A DNA stretch of 64,000 bases, from the NCBI GenBank assembly GCA_002269645.1, contig NIVC01001481.1, forward strand, positions 1 through 64,000. The letters run 5' to 3'. Origin of the DNA: Macrostomum lignano (taxonomy: Eukaryota). This document shows positions 1 through 12,800 of the stretch, one piece after another. The notes below the pieces were generated by a model. It was not told the origin of the DNA, made no database searches, and saw nothing but the letters and a program-made list of their open reading frames with translations. A program made the translations under genes and the position numbers. How positions within the stretch are numbered: the first letter of the stretch is position 1; the number at the start of each line of letters is the position of its first letter.

Positions 1-849
1 TAGATTTGGATTATAAGTTTCAGAGATAAGGTTAGTTGAGTATGAGTAGACTGTCATAGGCTTGCACAACCTAAAAAACAAATTGCTTGCACCTAAATTG
101 GTTTTGTATCGCACGCATTCGCTGTCTATGGTCAAAAGTGGTGCAGTAAACGAGAATCTTAAGAAAAACGCAGCTAACACCAACCTTGGCCTAAATATTT
201 TCACTGTTATTGCTCTAGTATTTTGAAGAAGACACTTGCCGCTTTCTAGCGGCTGCACCAAGCATTAGCAGAGTTAAATACGTAAATGAATGGCTTTAAG
301 AGTAACTCTTACATACGGTAGGTAGCGCTGTACAAACTGTGTGAGCACATGCGTCATGCGATTAACATACTAATTAAACATGACAGCTGGTGCGTGTGTA
401 TGTAAAACCGAAAAGCGGACACCGCCAATCGTATTCAACCAATGCTTCTACTTTCGTCTATGGTGAAAACACCGCCTAAGGTCTGTGGCACAGGCAGAGC
501 ATTGAATTCAAGACACAGAACAGTTCAATTCAGACAAGTCATGCCCGCCAGAGCTGGAGAGGCCACCAGACAAAATCAATCTACAGGATTGGCGTTCCAT
601 GACAATGCAGAGAATCGCTGAGTCAGGCATGGCATCACGGTTGACAAGAGTGCAGCAGCTGATTTGCTCACACACTGCGCTTCCTGGCCCGCGGCGCTTG
701 GCCCGTGAAAACATCTGATTGAGCTCACATGCGGTCTGACAGTTTAGTCACAGTTGCAGTTGCAGACTTGTTGGCAGTGTGCATCACAAAATACACTGTT
801 TTTGTCTAATGGTTCTGAGTTTAAAGTCTAAACTCAACTGCTCGACGCC

Positions 850-1310
850 CCTTGCACGGTTTTGGCCATAGACAATCGTCGAAACACGGGTTGAATATGG
901 TTGGCCGTGTCTGAAATTCAGTGCTCTCGCCTTGCACGGTTTTGGCCATAGACAATCGTCGAAGCATGGGTTGAATATGATTGGCCGTGTCTGAAATTCA
1001 GTGCTCTCCGCTTGCACGGTTTTGGCCATAGACAATCGTCGAAGCACGGGCTGAATATGGTTGGCCGTGTCTTGAATTCTATGCTCTCTCCATACACGGT
1101 TTTGGCCATAGACAATCGTCGAAGCATGGGTTGAATATGGTTGGCCGTGTCTGAAATTCAGTGCTCTCCCCTTGCACGGTTTGGCCATAGACAATCGTCG
1201 AAGCATGGGTTGAATATGGTTGGCCGTGTCTGAAATTCAGTGCTCTTCCCTTGCACGGTTTTGGCCATAGACAATCGTCGAAGCACGGGTTGAATATGGT
1301 TGGCCTTGTC
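850..1310. repeat. Tandem repeat, ~80-bp unit, ~5.7 copies
   Basis: ttgcacggttttggccatagac recurs at 852, 932, 1012 and onward. Confidence 0.95.
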
Positions 1311-1384
1311 ATATTAAGTGTTCGACTTCTTAAATCAAATGAATAATGATATAGTGTTGTAGCATAAAATTAATTTGAGGCTAA

Positions 1385-1530
1385 ATTAGAATCTCGGCTT
1401 GGCTCTGTTCGTGCGATTAAAGCCCTTGAGCGCCCCCTCCCCAAGGCACAGTGAAGACGTGAAGTATACACGCCTGACGATAAATTAAGTCAGGGCCGCT
1501 GTACACCCTGTGTGAGCGTGTGCTGCTCAT
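1385..1530 (+). mobile_element. SINE family B fragment in an MTAP intron
   Basis: Reverse-complement similarity to ~5740-5885 (atctcggcttggctctg ... gtacaccctgtgtgagcgtgtg). Confidence 0.7.
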
Positions 1531-1580
1531 GCCCTATAATAAAAACTCTCAGTTTTAACCACAATGATTATCGACCTCAG

Positions 1581-3005
1581 GAGCACACGCACCCTGGCGA
1601 CATTGTGCTAGTTGACCAGTTCATCGACCAAACAAGGCACCGGATTGAGACTTTCTACGATGGACAGCCGGGCCATCCGGACGGCGTGTTTCACATCCCC
1701 ATGGCTGAGCCGTTCTGCGAGCACACCCGAGCCATTGTCAACAGTGTCTGCAAGGGTCTTGGCATGCACATTCACCCAAAAGGCACTGTGCTCACCATCG
1801 AGGGTCCGAGGTTCTCGTCTAGGGCTGAGAGCCGATTGTGGCACGCCTGGGGCTGTGACGTCATCAATATGAGCACTGTGCCTGAGGTAGTGCTAGCTAA
1901 GGAGGCCGGTCTGTGCTACGCGCTTATCGCCATGGTGACCGACTATGACAGCTGGAGAGAGGATCAGGAGCATGTGAGTGTCTGCGCGTCATCTTCTATT
2001 GGCGCTTTCTGCTGGCGCGTCATCTTCTATTAGCGCTTTCTGCTGGCGCATCATCTTCTCTCGGCGCTTTCTAATGGCGTGTCATCTTCTCTCGGCGCTT
2101 TCTGAATGAGCGTCATGTAGTCACAGCGTTTTATAGTAATAATTAAGCTCTTAATGATGGGCTGCTTTTCTACAGGTGTCGGTGGAGAAGGTGCTGAAGA
2201 CATTCAAAGAAAACGCGCACAAAGCCGAGCTGATCATACGGGAGGTCATTCCGAAACTTGCCCAGAAAGATTGGACAGAAATTCTGCGCCAGAAAGAGGT
2301 GAGAATGGAAAAGTTTGCTGTCAGATTTTATGTATTGTTTCTTTTTTTAAAATACTTGAGTGGAGTTTTATGCAAAATGGCAGAGATTTGCCTCTAGGTT
2401 TTTGGATTGATATAATCATGAATTTATACTGGTGTCTTCTCGATCGGGATTCTCAATCAGGATTCTCAATCGGGATTCTCCATCGGGATTCTCCATCGGG
2501 ATTCTCCATTGAGATTCTCAATCGGGATTCTCCATCGGGATTCTCCATCGGGATTCTCCATCGGGATTCTCAATCAGGATTCTCAATCGGGATTCTCCAT
2601 CGGGATTCTCAATCCGGATTCTCAATCGGGATTCTCAATCAGGATTCTATATCGGGATTCTCCATCAGGATTCTCTATCGGGATTTTCAATCGGGATTCT
2701 CAATCAGGATTCTATATCGGGATTCTCAATCGGGATTCTCCATCGGGATTCTCAATCGGGATTCTCAATCGGGATTCTCAGTCGGGATTCTCCATCGGGA
2801 TTCTCAGTCGGGATTTCAATTGGGGACTTTAATCTGGATTTTCAATCGTAAATTATGAAGTGGAGACATTGTGAATTTTAATCATTATTTGATAATTCTG
2901 AAATCGTATTTTTAAAATAAGATGTCATCAATAAATCCCGCTTCCCAATGCAAGGCGCTGGTGCAAGCCGGCAGGCAGGATGTGAAGCCGCTTGGCATGG
3001 ACTGA
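1581..3005 (+). CDS. MTAP: S-methyl-5'-thioadenosine phosphorylase, 3' exons: 1581-1973, 2176-2298, probable last exon 2955-3005. The 5' exons were not found and are probably upstream of the window.
   Basis: Translation contains [58 protein letters not shown] and VTDYDSW, all typical of MTAP. GT-AG boundaries are in phase 0. The last exon ([19 protein letters not shown] acceptor) is less certain. Confidence 0.92.
1980..2105. repeat. Tandem repeat, ~29-bp unit (gcgtcatcttctattggcgctttctgctg), ~4 copies, starting just after an MTAP splice donor
   Basis: Direct inspection. Confidence 0.85.
2440..2830. repeat. Minisatellite, 13-bp unit (atcgggattctcc/a)
   Basis: Direct inspection. Confidence 0.95.
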
Positions 3006-3231
3006 GACAGAGAGGCGGACAGAGCCGCTGTCAGTCTCTGTGCACTCATGTGTGTGCTTTGCGCACTCTTAGCACTTTTCTAGCATGCTGGAATGTTGTT
3101 TACTTCCTTAGCCATTTACTAACTTGCACTTTACAGCTCTTTGCATAACGTCTGTTGTGTCTTACTTCTCACCAGCACTTATACGCCTGTGTTAACAGTA
3201 GGCCAATTGTTGCCTGTCATGTGTATTTGCC

Positions 3232-3232
<1 letters not shown>

Positions 3233-3290
<58 letters not shown>

Positions 3291-3357
3291 GTCTGTGTGT
3301 GTCTGTCTGTTTGTCTGTCTGTCTTTCTTTCTTTCTGTCTGTCTGTCTGTGTGTCTC

Positions 3358-3392
<35 letters not shown>

Positions 3393-3429
3393 TTCTGTCT
3401 GTCTGTCTGTCTGTGTGTCTGTCTGTCTC

Positions 3430-3470
<41 letters not shown>

Positions 3471-3471
3471 G

Positions 3472-3502
<31 letters not shown>

Positions 3503-3567
3503 GTGTCTGTCTGTCTCTTTGTCTGTCTGTCCGTCTGTCTGTGTGTCTCTCTGTCTGTCTGTCTGTG

Positions 3568-3664
<97 letters not shown>

Positions 3665-3701
3665 TTCTGTCTGTCTGTCTGTCTGTGTGTCTGTCTGTCT
3701 C

Positions 3702-3760
<59 letters not shown>

Positions 3761-3830
3761 TTCTGTCTGTCTCTCTGTCTGTCCGTCTGTCTGTCTGTCT
3801 GTTTATATTTCTGTATCTGTCTGTCCTGTC
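3233..3830. repeat. (TGTC)n microsatellite
   Basis: Direct inspection. Confidence 0.98.
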
Positions 3831-5597
3831 CGCCTTGTCATAAATCCGTATAATACAGTGGCTTGGTATCTCTACATTATTCTATCCTATCCAGCATAAT
3901 AATAAATTAATGGTCTTTAGTTTAGGCCGACAAAATGCGCACTTTATTTGGTGACTTAACTCAACTTCTGTCTCAGTTTTACTTGTGTCAATGCTGCAGA
4001 TGCTGTGTCGCTGCCCTGATAAAGCTAGCTTAGCTAGCATTTAATAACACCACTCCGCCCCCGGTACCCACTTGCAGGTGGAGACAAACGAAAGCCACTA
4101 CGGAGACAGCGACTCTCGACAGCCTCTGCTAAATTTTCAATCGCGTGATAGCAGAACAAACTAGATGATATGTTTATTCACTATCTAGTTCGCTGCTGCA
4201 CTACTTACTTGCTTACAAAAAGTAGTGCTTAGTGCGCGTTACTCTTATTTTCCGCTTTATTTCCAATAGTCAGAAACGTAATATTTTTAATTCTACGAGC
4301 CTTATATTACTATTATATTATTATTGCCCAGCGAATAGTGTCTGCTGTGTTTTTTATAGTTTAATTATGCATTATAGTTTTTTGAGTAATTAAAATGATT
4401 TATTTATCCAATCTAAACTTGCCTTAATCGTCGGCGCCTAAAAGTACATTTTTGTCCAACTTCACTCATTCATTTTTTTCATTTTTTTATCTTTAGATCA
4501 TTAGAAGTAATGTATAATTTATTCTTTCTTCGACGTATTGATATTAGATATTGCTTGAACAATTATATAAAAATGTTGTATCGTGTTTCCCTAAGTACTT
4601 TGTTACTGTTATCGATAATATTATCCTATTGTCCGGATTTGAACACAGGACTTTTTAATGATTAAAATACATAAAAAATAAATGTTTAAAAGTAGTAAAA
4701 TCAGCTACAATTGAAGGTGTTAAACAATAATTTTATTTATTTGCCTGTTGCAAGCGATTGATCAAAGTAGAATTTTGTTTAAATTTGAAACAAAATGGCT
4801 TAGTTTTAACAAATATTAATTTGGATAATTTCAAAGCTAAGAGATTCGGGATAAAAAAGATCTGAGTACATGTGGGTTAGATTAAGGCTTAAATATACGT
4901 AACTGAAGCAAAAATTACAGTATTTTAGATTACAGTATATTTAATAAAGAAGTGTTGTCGAATTTTTAGCTTTTGAGGTATTTTCAGATTTTATTTATTA
5001 TAAAATATTTTAGCCATAATAGGTTTTTGACGTCAATGCGTTCATCAATATTTTGTTTGAATTGTTCAAATTTTGCTCATTGTAGCTAAAAATTCATTCA
5101 CAAGTTTCAGTAGCCGTTCTGGATAAATATTTGGCCAATACAATAAGGATAAGTTGTGTTTAAACGGAAGCAAAAATCTATTCATTTCTACTGCAAGTAC
5201 TGAGCATGGCATTTGTTTTCAAAAAAAGCTTTGAGGTTCTACCGGATCGAAATGTAAAAGCTGATGTCAGTTGTGGAGTAAAATAGTCCGAGTTTTGGCT
5301 AAAAGTTCACAGTCAGGTCTGTTCCATGCTTTCTCCGATTGAGATGAACACTTCAGAATTGCGACTGCAGATAGTCCTGAAATTTAGGTGGATTATTGCA
5401 CTAATGATGAAAAGCGTTAAATGGCCTAACTTGTACATTACTTGGCTTGTTTCGTTACGCGCTTATGATAGTCGCTTTGAGAGTTTAATCGGGTGACTCA
5501 AGGAGTCTACGAATAATCTACCTGCTGTACCAGCCACGACCACTTCTGCTTAATTATCAGCGCTGATCCGTCGTCTGTCTCATCCATAGTTACATTT

Positions 5598-5965
5598 TTT
5601 TATTTTTTTTATTAGAGGCAGGGGGTTGTGTGCACCCTGGCGCACTTTAAGCGACATTGGCACACAACCGGCGAGAGGCATTACTGCCCATTCCGCCGAC
5701 TCCCCTGAGCAGGCATACAAGCGCGCGGATACGTACGCAGGCACACACTCACACAGGAGTGTACAACGGCCCTAACTTTATATTATCGTTAGGCATGTAC
5801 ACTTCACTGCGCCTTGGGGGGTTGGCTCTCAAGGCCGTTAATTGCACGAGCAGAGCCAAGCCGAGATTCCAATTCAGCCCCAAATTAATGTGACTGCACT
5901 TGGAATCGAGCCTGGGTCGCTGGCACACCAGAGCAGCTGCGCTACCGCTGGGCTACGGCCCCCCT
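5598..5965 (-). mobile_element. tRNA-derived SINE, family B, full-length with 12-bp TSD
   Basis: Minus-strand head has an A-box-like tagcccagcggtagcgc and a B-box-like ggctcgattcc, and the element ends in an A/TAA-rich tail. ATAGTTACATTT is duplicated at 5586-5597 and 5966-5977. Related copies occur elsewhere in the window. Confidence 0.85.
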
Positions 5966-5978
5966 ATAGTTACATTTA

Positions 5979-6862
5979 CATGTAGCTAATGTGTGATCAT
6001 TGCATGTAGCTAATGTGTGATCATTACATGTAGCTAATGTGTGATCATTGCATGTAGCTAATGTGTGATCATTACATGTAGCTAATGTGTGATCATTACA
6101 TGTAGCTAATGTGTGATCATTGCATGTAGCTAATGTGTGATCATTGCATGTAGCTAATGTGTGATCATTACATGTAGCTAATGTGTGATCATTACATGTA
6201 GCTAATGTGTGATCATTGCATGTAGCTAATGTGTGATCATTGCATGTAGCTAATGTGTGATCATTATGTAGCTAATGTGTGATCATTGCATGTAGCTAAT
6301 GTGTGATCATTGCATGTAGCTAATGTGTGATCATTGCATGTAGCTAATGTGTGATCATTGCATGTAGCTAATGTGTGATCATTGCATGTAGCTAATGTGT
6401 GATCATTGCATGTAGCTAATGTGTGATCATTGCATGTAGCTAATGTGTGATCATTGCATGTAGCTAATGTGTGATCATTACATGTAGCTAATGTGTGATC
6501 ATTGCATGTAGCTAATGTGTGATCATTATATGTAGCTAATGTGTGATCATTGCATGTAGCTAATGTGTGATCATTGCATGTAGCTAATGTGTGATCATTG
6601 CATGTAGCTAATGTGTGATCATTGCATGTAGCTAATGTGTGATCATTGCATGTAGCTAATGTGTGATCATTGCATGTAGCTAATGTGTGATCATTGCATG
6701 TAGCTAATGTGTGATCATTGCATGTAGCTAATGTGTGATCATTGCATGTAGCTAATGTGTGATCATTGCATGTAGCTAATGTGTGATCATTGCATGTAGC
6801 TAATGTGTGATCATTGCATGTAGCAATGTGTGATCATATGTAGCTAATGTGTGATCATTGCA
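5979..6862. repeat. Minisatellite, 24-bp unit (catgtagctaatgtgtgatcattg), ~37 copies, directly behind the Uif-like stop codon
   Basis: Period 24 (catg at 6003, 6027 and onward). Confidence 0.97.
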
Positions 6863-6885
6863 CTGTACATGCGGAAAACTAGCAA

Positions 6886-9800
6886 TTAATCAAGTGCTGC
6901 TTCACTCACTGAGTGCATGTAGCTGCGCTTAGCAGACGAGCCCATGCTGTGGCGCAGCTCCGGCTGGTCGGTGACGTCACCCTGGTAGCCGCTGTTGGTC
7001 TTGCTGATGGTGGACATCACCTCCGCCGCGTACGGGTTGTTGTACACCGTGTAGGTGGCGCTCGGATTGGCGCCTTGGTTCTTCTTCACGCAGTAAACGG
7101 CGACGGCGATGATGGCGGCGATGGCCACGACTGAGCAGGAGACGGCAATCGCCACGATGGCGCCGGTCGATAGGCCACTGCCGCCGGTGTACACCTCGCA
7201 GTTTGAGCCGCTGTAGTTCGGCGCGCATTTGCAGTTGAAATATTCGCCTTCGAAGTTCGGCTTACGACAAGGACACTCAAAGAAGTCAGCCGTGTCCTTG
7301 CAGACTGTGTTCGGGCTGCAGAACCAGGTCCAGACGACCGAGGCGCACTCATCAACTGTGCCCCGTACGCACTGGGAGATCGCCACTGCGCCAGTGGACA
7401 CTGTGGTGTTGCCGCGGCCGCAGTGCAGGCATCGGGTCTGGCCGGCGGTCGGCTGGAAGGTGCCTAGCGGGCACTGCGAGCAGGTGTTGGAGCCGGTTCG
7501 GTAGCTGCCCGGCGAGCAGAGCACCACGCTGCACTTGGCAACAGAGTCGCTGCCCTCCGTAGGCGTTGTGTATCCGGACGGGCAGGCCTGGCAGCTGGTG
7601 ATGTTGGGATTGTTCTCTCTGTAGTAACCGACAGGGCAAGGCCTGCAGGTGCCATCGGCGCCCAGCTGTTGACCGGCGGGGCATTCACGGCAGCCAGAGC
7701 TGCTGGAGGTCCCGGAGGAGGCGGCGGTGCCCAGCGGGCAGGCCCAGCACTGAGCCATGCCGGCAGTGTTGGAGTAGGTTCCGTTTGGGCAGCTCTGGCA
7801 GCTGCCCAGAGTTTCGTTCATGAACTGGCCGGCCGGGCAGATTAAATAACACATGGTGCCATCCGAAGCACCAACTCCGGGCGTTGTTCTTCCGGATGGA
7901 CAACTGGCGCAGGCTGAGGAGCCGGACACTGACGTGTACTGGCCCACAGGGCATGGTACGCACTCGTTCGACACAGTGGTAGCGTATGTGCCGGCTGGAC
8001 ACAGTACACACGAGGTGCCCGAGAGGATCTGGCCTGCTGGGCACGAGCTGGTGATCGTGGGACAGGAGCCAGTCATAGTTGTGCCGCCGTAGGAGACCGA
8101 GCCTCTCTTGAGGTTGGAGCAGAGGGTGGTGATTCCGCCGGAGCTGGGGATTGAATAGGACACGCTGGCTGAGCTTCCAGTCTGTCGGCGGCGGCGGCGG
8201 CCAACGCTGACCACGCAGGAGACGCTGAAGTCATTCTCCGTGCACGTCTGGCAGAGATTCAACGAATTGAAGTAGTTGATCATCCGCTGTATGAGAGCAC
8301 TGCGACTGGCAGCATCGCAGGTGTCGATGGCGGCCGAGAGGTTGCCGGAAGCTCGGCTGGTCGGCGCGTCGCCGAGGAACTCGCAGCCAGGCAAGGTGTA
8401 GGGCTGCTGCACGACCGGCGGGAACCAGCTGCCTGTGCGGTCGCAGTAGTAGAATGGCGGCAGCGGCTGCCCACCAACTGGGGCCAAACGTGTGCGGCCC
8501 TCGTCTGTGTTGGGGTGAGTTAAGCACTTTTAATAGAGGAGGTTACACTTTTATTTTTATCGTATATTACTTAAAATAGACAGTTCATAGATGACTACAT
8601 ACCACGGCAAAGCAGCTTGCAGTAGCTTCCGTACGGCGTGGAAGCGCAGATGGAGAATGTCCTGTCGTTCGGCATCACCAGAGCCTCGCAGCGGTAGCCT
8701 GTTGGAGTGATTTTTTGAGTAGAAATTATTCAATCATCATATTCAATTACCCAAACGTCTTTTCGGTGCACACTCACGCGAAACGTAGATACTAAATTCG
8801 CAAATTCGGTTGTTTCCACTCGGGTCAGTCGCTGTGTAGACGGCTTTGTACTCGCCCCAGGCTAGGACAGTACCGCTGACGATACTCTTAGTCACTACGA
8901 AGGAGCCGCTGTTGTCAGCAAACTCGGGCTCTCTAAAGATTACAGTTGTCATGCGGTTTCCAGTGCTGATTACGCTGATGTAGTTCGGGCAGTACAGAAT
9001 CCTTGGCGGCTCAGTGTCTCTCAGCTCCGAGCAAGACGGGCCCGTGAAGCTGTCGGAGCAGGTGTTTGTCTGGCACACCGACGGATTGCGGCGCTCGTAG
9101 CCGTCAGCCAAGGCACCTGTTCCCAGATGTCGGTAGCTAATCAGATCACCGGAGAGGACCCTGGCAGCTGTGCAGTTCCTGGCGATCTGGTCCAATATCA
9201 CCGCCTCTGCGGCCGTGAAGGTATTGGAGAACAAATTTACCTGCGAGTAGTCGCCTGTGAAGCCACCGTCTTGGCCACCTAGTTGAAGAACAGCGCCTGA
9301 AAGATTGATTGAGGCGGCAGCAGCGGGCAGGTTAACGACTGGCAGCGCCGATCCGTTGATGTAAATGACCAGCCGTGAGTTGTTCAACGTCAGCACCAGA
9401 CTGGTCCAATAGCCAGTGTTCACGCTGGCAGACTGGCTGGCGCTGGCTGAGCCGACGTCCGTATTGTTGAATAATACTCCAGTTGTGTTCCACTGGAAGA
9501 TTGTCGCCGAACCCCTATCAGGTTGGTTGGAAGATACATGTAGTTTCACTACTTTAATCTTATTGAGGTTCATGTAATATATAAAAAACAAGAACTAGCC
9601 ACAGCTTACCTGGCAAGACGTAGCATCTCTCCAGCGTAGAGCTGAGAAGTTGGTCTTACGTAGGCTGTAAGAGTAAGCCTTTCGTACGCTGTTGAAGATC
9701 CGTTGTTTGCAACGCTGACACTCAGTGCTTGGCGAGAGACGCCAGTGGGCACAGCGCTGATATCAAAGCTCTCAGTTGCCGATCCACCACCTGTTTCAAA

Positions 9801-12800
9801 TTTTTTATTTAAAAACGGGTTAAATACCGGAAAAGTCCGGATAGATCATATTGAATCAGCATGCTGCATAAAATTTCGTGCGTACCTTTCTCGCAACGGT
9901 CCCCATAGAATGCAGGTGTGCAAGAACAAGTAAAGCTATTGATGCCATCAACGCACGTGCCACCGTTCTGACAGGCGTTGCTGGAACTGTTGGCTGGACA
10001 GTCGTTGATGTTACTTTCGCACCTGACGCCATTAAAACCTGTGCCTGTGCAATTGCAAGAGGCATTGCGATACTCAGCACTGCTGATGCATGTTCCGCCG
10101 TTCAAGCATTTCAGGCTGAGACAGTAGTTAGGAGCAATTTCGCATGTATCGCCGGTGAAATCGTCGACGCAGGAGCAGTTGAAACCATTCAGTTCGTTTG
10201 TGCAGACACCTCCGTTTAGGCAAGGCTTGCTAGCGCAGTTGTCCACCAGCTCGGAGCAGTTCTGACCAGTCCAGCCGGCGCTGCAATTCACGCACATGTA
10301 GCTGCCATCGGATGTTGTCACGCATGTGCCGTTGTTCTCGCAGGCATTTGAGCTCATTGCTGCGCAAGCGTCACCCAACTGGTCGCAGTTAGTCCCATTC
10401 CATCCCTCGCTACAAGTGCAGGTGTAAGAATTAACACCGTCCGCGCAGAAGCCGTTGACGCAAGGATTGCTCATGCAGTCATCGATATTCTCTTCGCAAC
10501 GCGGTCCGCTGAAGCCGGTAGCGCAGTCGCAGAAGGCGGTGCCAGAACCTCCCTCGTCGTATTTGTATCGGCAAGTTCCACCGTTCTTGCATTCGAAGTC
10601 AACACACGGATTGCTGGCAACGCTGCAATTGGTACCCGACCAACCCGGCAGACACTTGCACTCGTACTCGGTGCCGTTGGTCCACTCGCAGGGTCCGTTC
10701 GTGTTGCTTGCCACGCACGGGTTTGCATCGCACGGATTCATGCGAACTTCACAGGTGAAACCGCTGTAGCCTGGCACGCACCGACAGGTGAAATTGTCGA
10801 CGCCTTCTAGGTTGACGCAGGTCGCGCCGTTCAGGCACGGGTTGCTGTCACAGTTGTTGGTCTGGTTTGTGCAGTTCATTCCTGTGAATGGCGCTCTACA
10901 CTGGCATTCGTATCCGTTGAAGATATTGACCACTGTGCCGCCGTTTTGGCACGGGTTAGGTCCCTTAGATTCGTCAATGTCGAGTTCGCAGCTGTCGCCA
11001 GTGAGACCAGGTGGGCAGGTGCAGCTACGGGTGGTGCCGGAAGCTGAGCATGTGCCACCATTTTCACAAGGCCGAAGGTCGCAAGGGCTCATTCTGATGG
11101 CGCAATCAGGCAACAGAAAGTCTCCACTGCAGGCGCACGTGTAACCGCGTGGAGCTGCTTTGTCCTGCGTGCAGTTGCCCTGGTTTAGGTTATTGCTGCA
11201 TAGGGAAGTGTTCGTGCATGGGTCATCCGACTCGGTGCAGTTGACACCACTGTATCCATGAGCGCAGTGACAGCGATAAGAATTAAAGCCGGAGATGCAC
11301 TTTCCGTTGACGCAAGGACTCTCCTCATCACAAATGTCGCGTTCCCGTTCGCAATTGGCGCCAGTGTAGCCCTCCTTGCAACTGCAGGAGTAGCCTCCCA
11401 CCAGGTCGTTGCATTCGCCGTCATTCTGGCACGGATCGGTGCTGCAGTCGTCGAAGTTATTCTCGCATTGCATTCCGTAATAGCCCGTGTCAGCGCAATT
11501 GCAAGTGTAGAATGTGAAGTTATTGATGCAGCGACCGCCGTTCAAGCAAGGGGAGCCATCGCATTGGTTGATTGTTTGGCAGGCGCCCTCGTTGTCGGCT
11601 CCAATGGCCGCGGTGGCAAGTTTTTCTGGGCACGTGTTGCAGGACACCTGACCTGTGAGGTTCTGCCAGGTGTTACGGGGACACGGTTGGCACAGATTGT
11701 CCGTCACGTTGACACCGTTGGCCTTTCCGAACTGGCCAGCTGGGCAGAGGGCTCCGCACATGCTCACGTTCGAGGTTCCGACGCTGGGCGTGGTGTCACC
11801 GTCAGTCGGACAGGCCATGCAAGCAGTCGAACCGTTGCTGCTGCTGTAAGAGCCTTGCATGCACGGCTGGCAGGGCTCAAGTCCCGAATCTGAGTAGAAG
11901 CCAGGCTTGCAGAGAGGCCTGCACATCGCGGCAGAGATGGATCCGTTTCTATAAGTTCCAGTGCCATTCGGACACTTCTCACACATCGAAGCCTTTCCGG
12001 ACTTGTCCTGATAGTAGTTTTGGGGGCAGATAACGCAGCTATTGTTTTTCTGAACGCTTCCAGGCGGGCACATCACTGCGGGCGCGTAGAGAATTATGCG
12101 TAAGAATTCATTCATATTTTTTAATTCATATTCCGAATATCGTAGGTTTTAAAACCACACTTACAGCAAATTTCGACTGTGCTGCTGACGTTGACCTTGA
12201 CACTTCCAGATGGACACCTGTACATCGGCATTGCAGTGCGCTGCAAAGCAGGCCCGCTGGTAGTGTTGCATGAAGCAACTGTGCTGTTAATTTTCAGGTT
12301 CAGGGCGCCAATTCTTCTGGCGGCAGATGACAAGCAGTTGCTCATTGAGCCAAAATCGACGGAACTAGAGTTGAATTTCAGGAACAGAGAGAAGTCGATC
12401 GATTCCTAAAAAGCGTCGATTGCATGCAATTTTCTACACGTGTTTCTCTGCATTTGCAAGAATAACAAAAACGGTTTACAATAAAATAAATAATCGCATA
12501 TCAGCCATTTCGCATTATCGTATGCCGACTTACTTTCTTAAGGTTGACGATCTTTAGTCCAAATGTCATCACGTTCGTAAAACCGCAGGATATGTCCTTC
12601 AGAACCGATAGGTCGAAACTGAAGCTTTCTTTTTCTGCGTCGCCACACTTGCTTGAGGCAGGTCGGTAGGTGGCGTTGAAGTCCAGAGCCAAGTAGCCGA
12701 AGACAGCTGAACGTTAGCAGAAAAGCATTGTTATCATGTGTTAGAACTATAGGATTTGTAATAACTCATGAGTCATGGCGAGAACTTACGTGAGCACTCA

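Noticed and set aside
508-714. Short ORF as an upstream MTAP exon or separate gene
   Set aside because: It is on the wrong strand for MTAP, and no MTAP N-terminal motif (GIIGG, LARHG) was seen in any frame I checked.
3141-3899. Long ORFs such as (CLSV)n, (DRQT)n and (IYLS)n here and at 37606-38616, 49669-51085 and 63240-63784
   Set aside because: These are translations of tetranucleotide microsatellites that are stop-free by chance, with no matching splice or start context.
3977-4020. Alternative MTAP last exon (VNAADAVSLP*)
   Set aside because: The phase does not match the phase-0 donor at 2298; 2955-3005 fits better.
5900-5965. tRNA genes at SINE heads (also 29553-29625, 38860-38930, 39317-39390)
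   Set aside because: A/B boxes are present, but the heads run into shared SINE bodies and tails and I could not fold a complete cloverleaf.
6990-7050. NPxY endocytosis motif in the Uif-like tail
   Set aside because: The sequence is YNNPYA, which does not match N-P-x-Y spacing.
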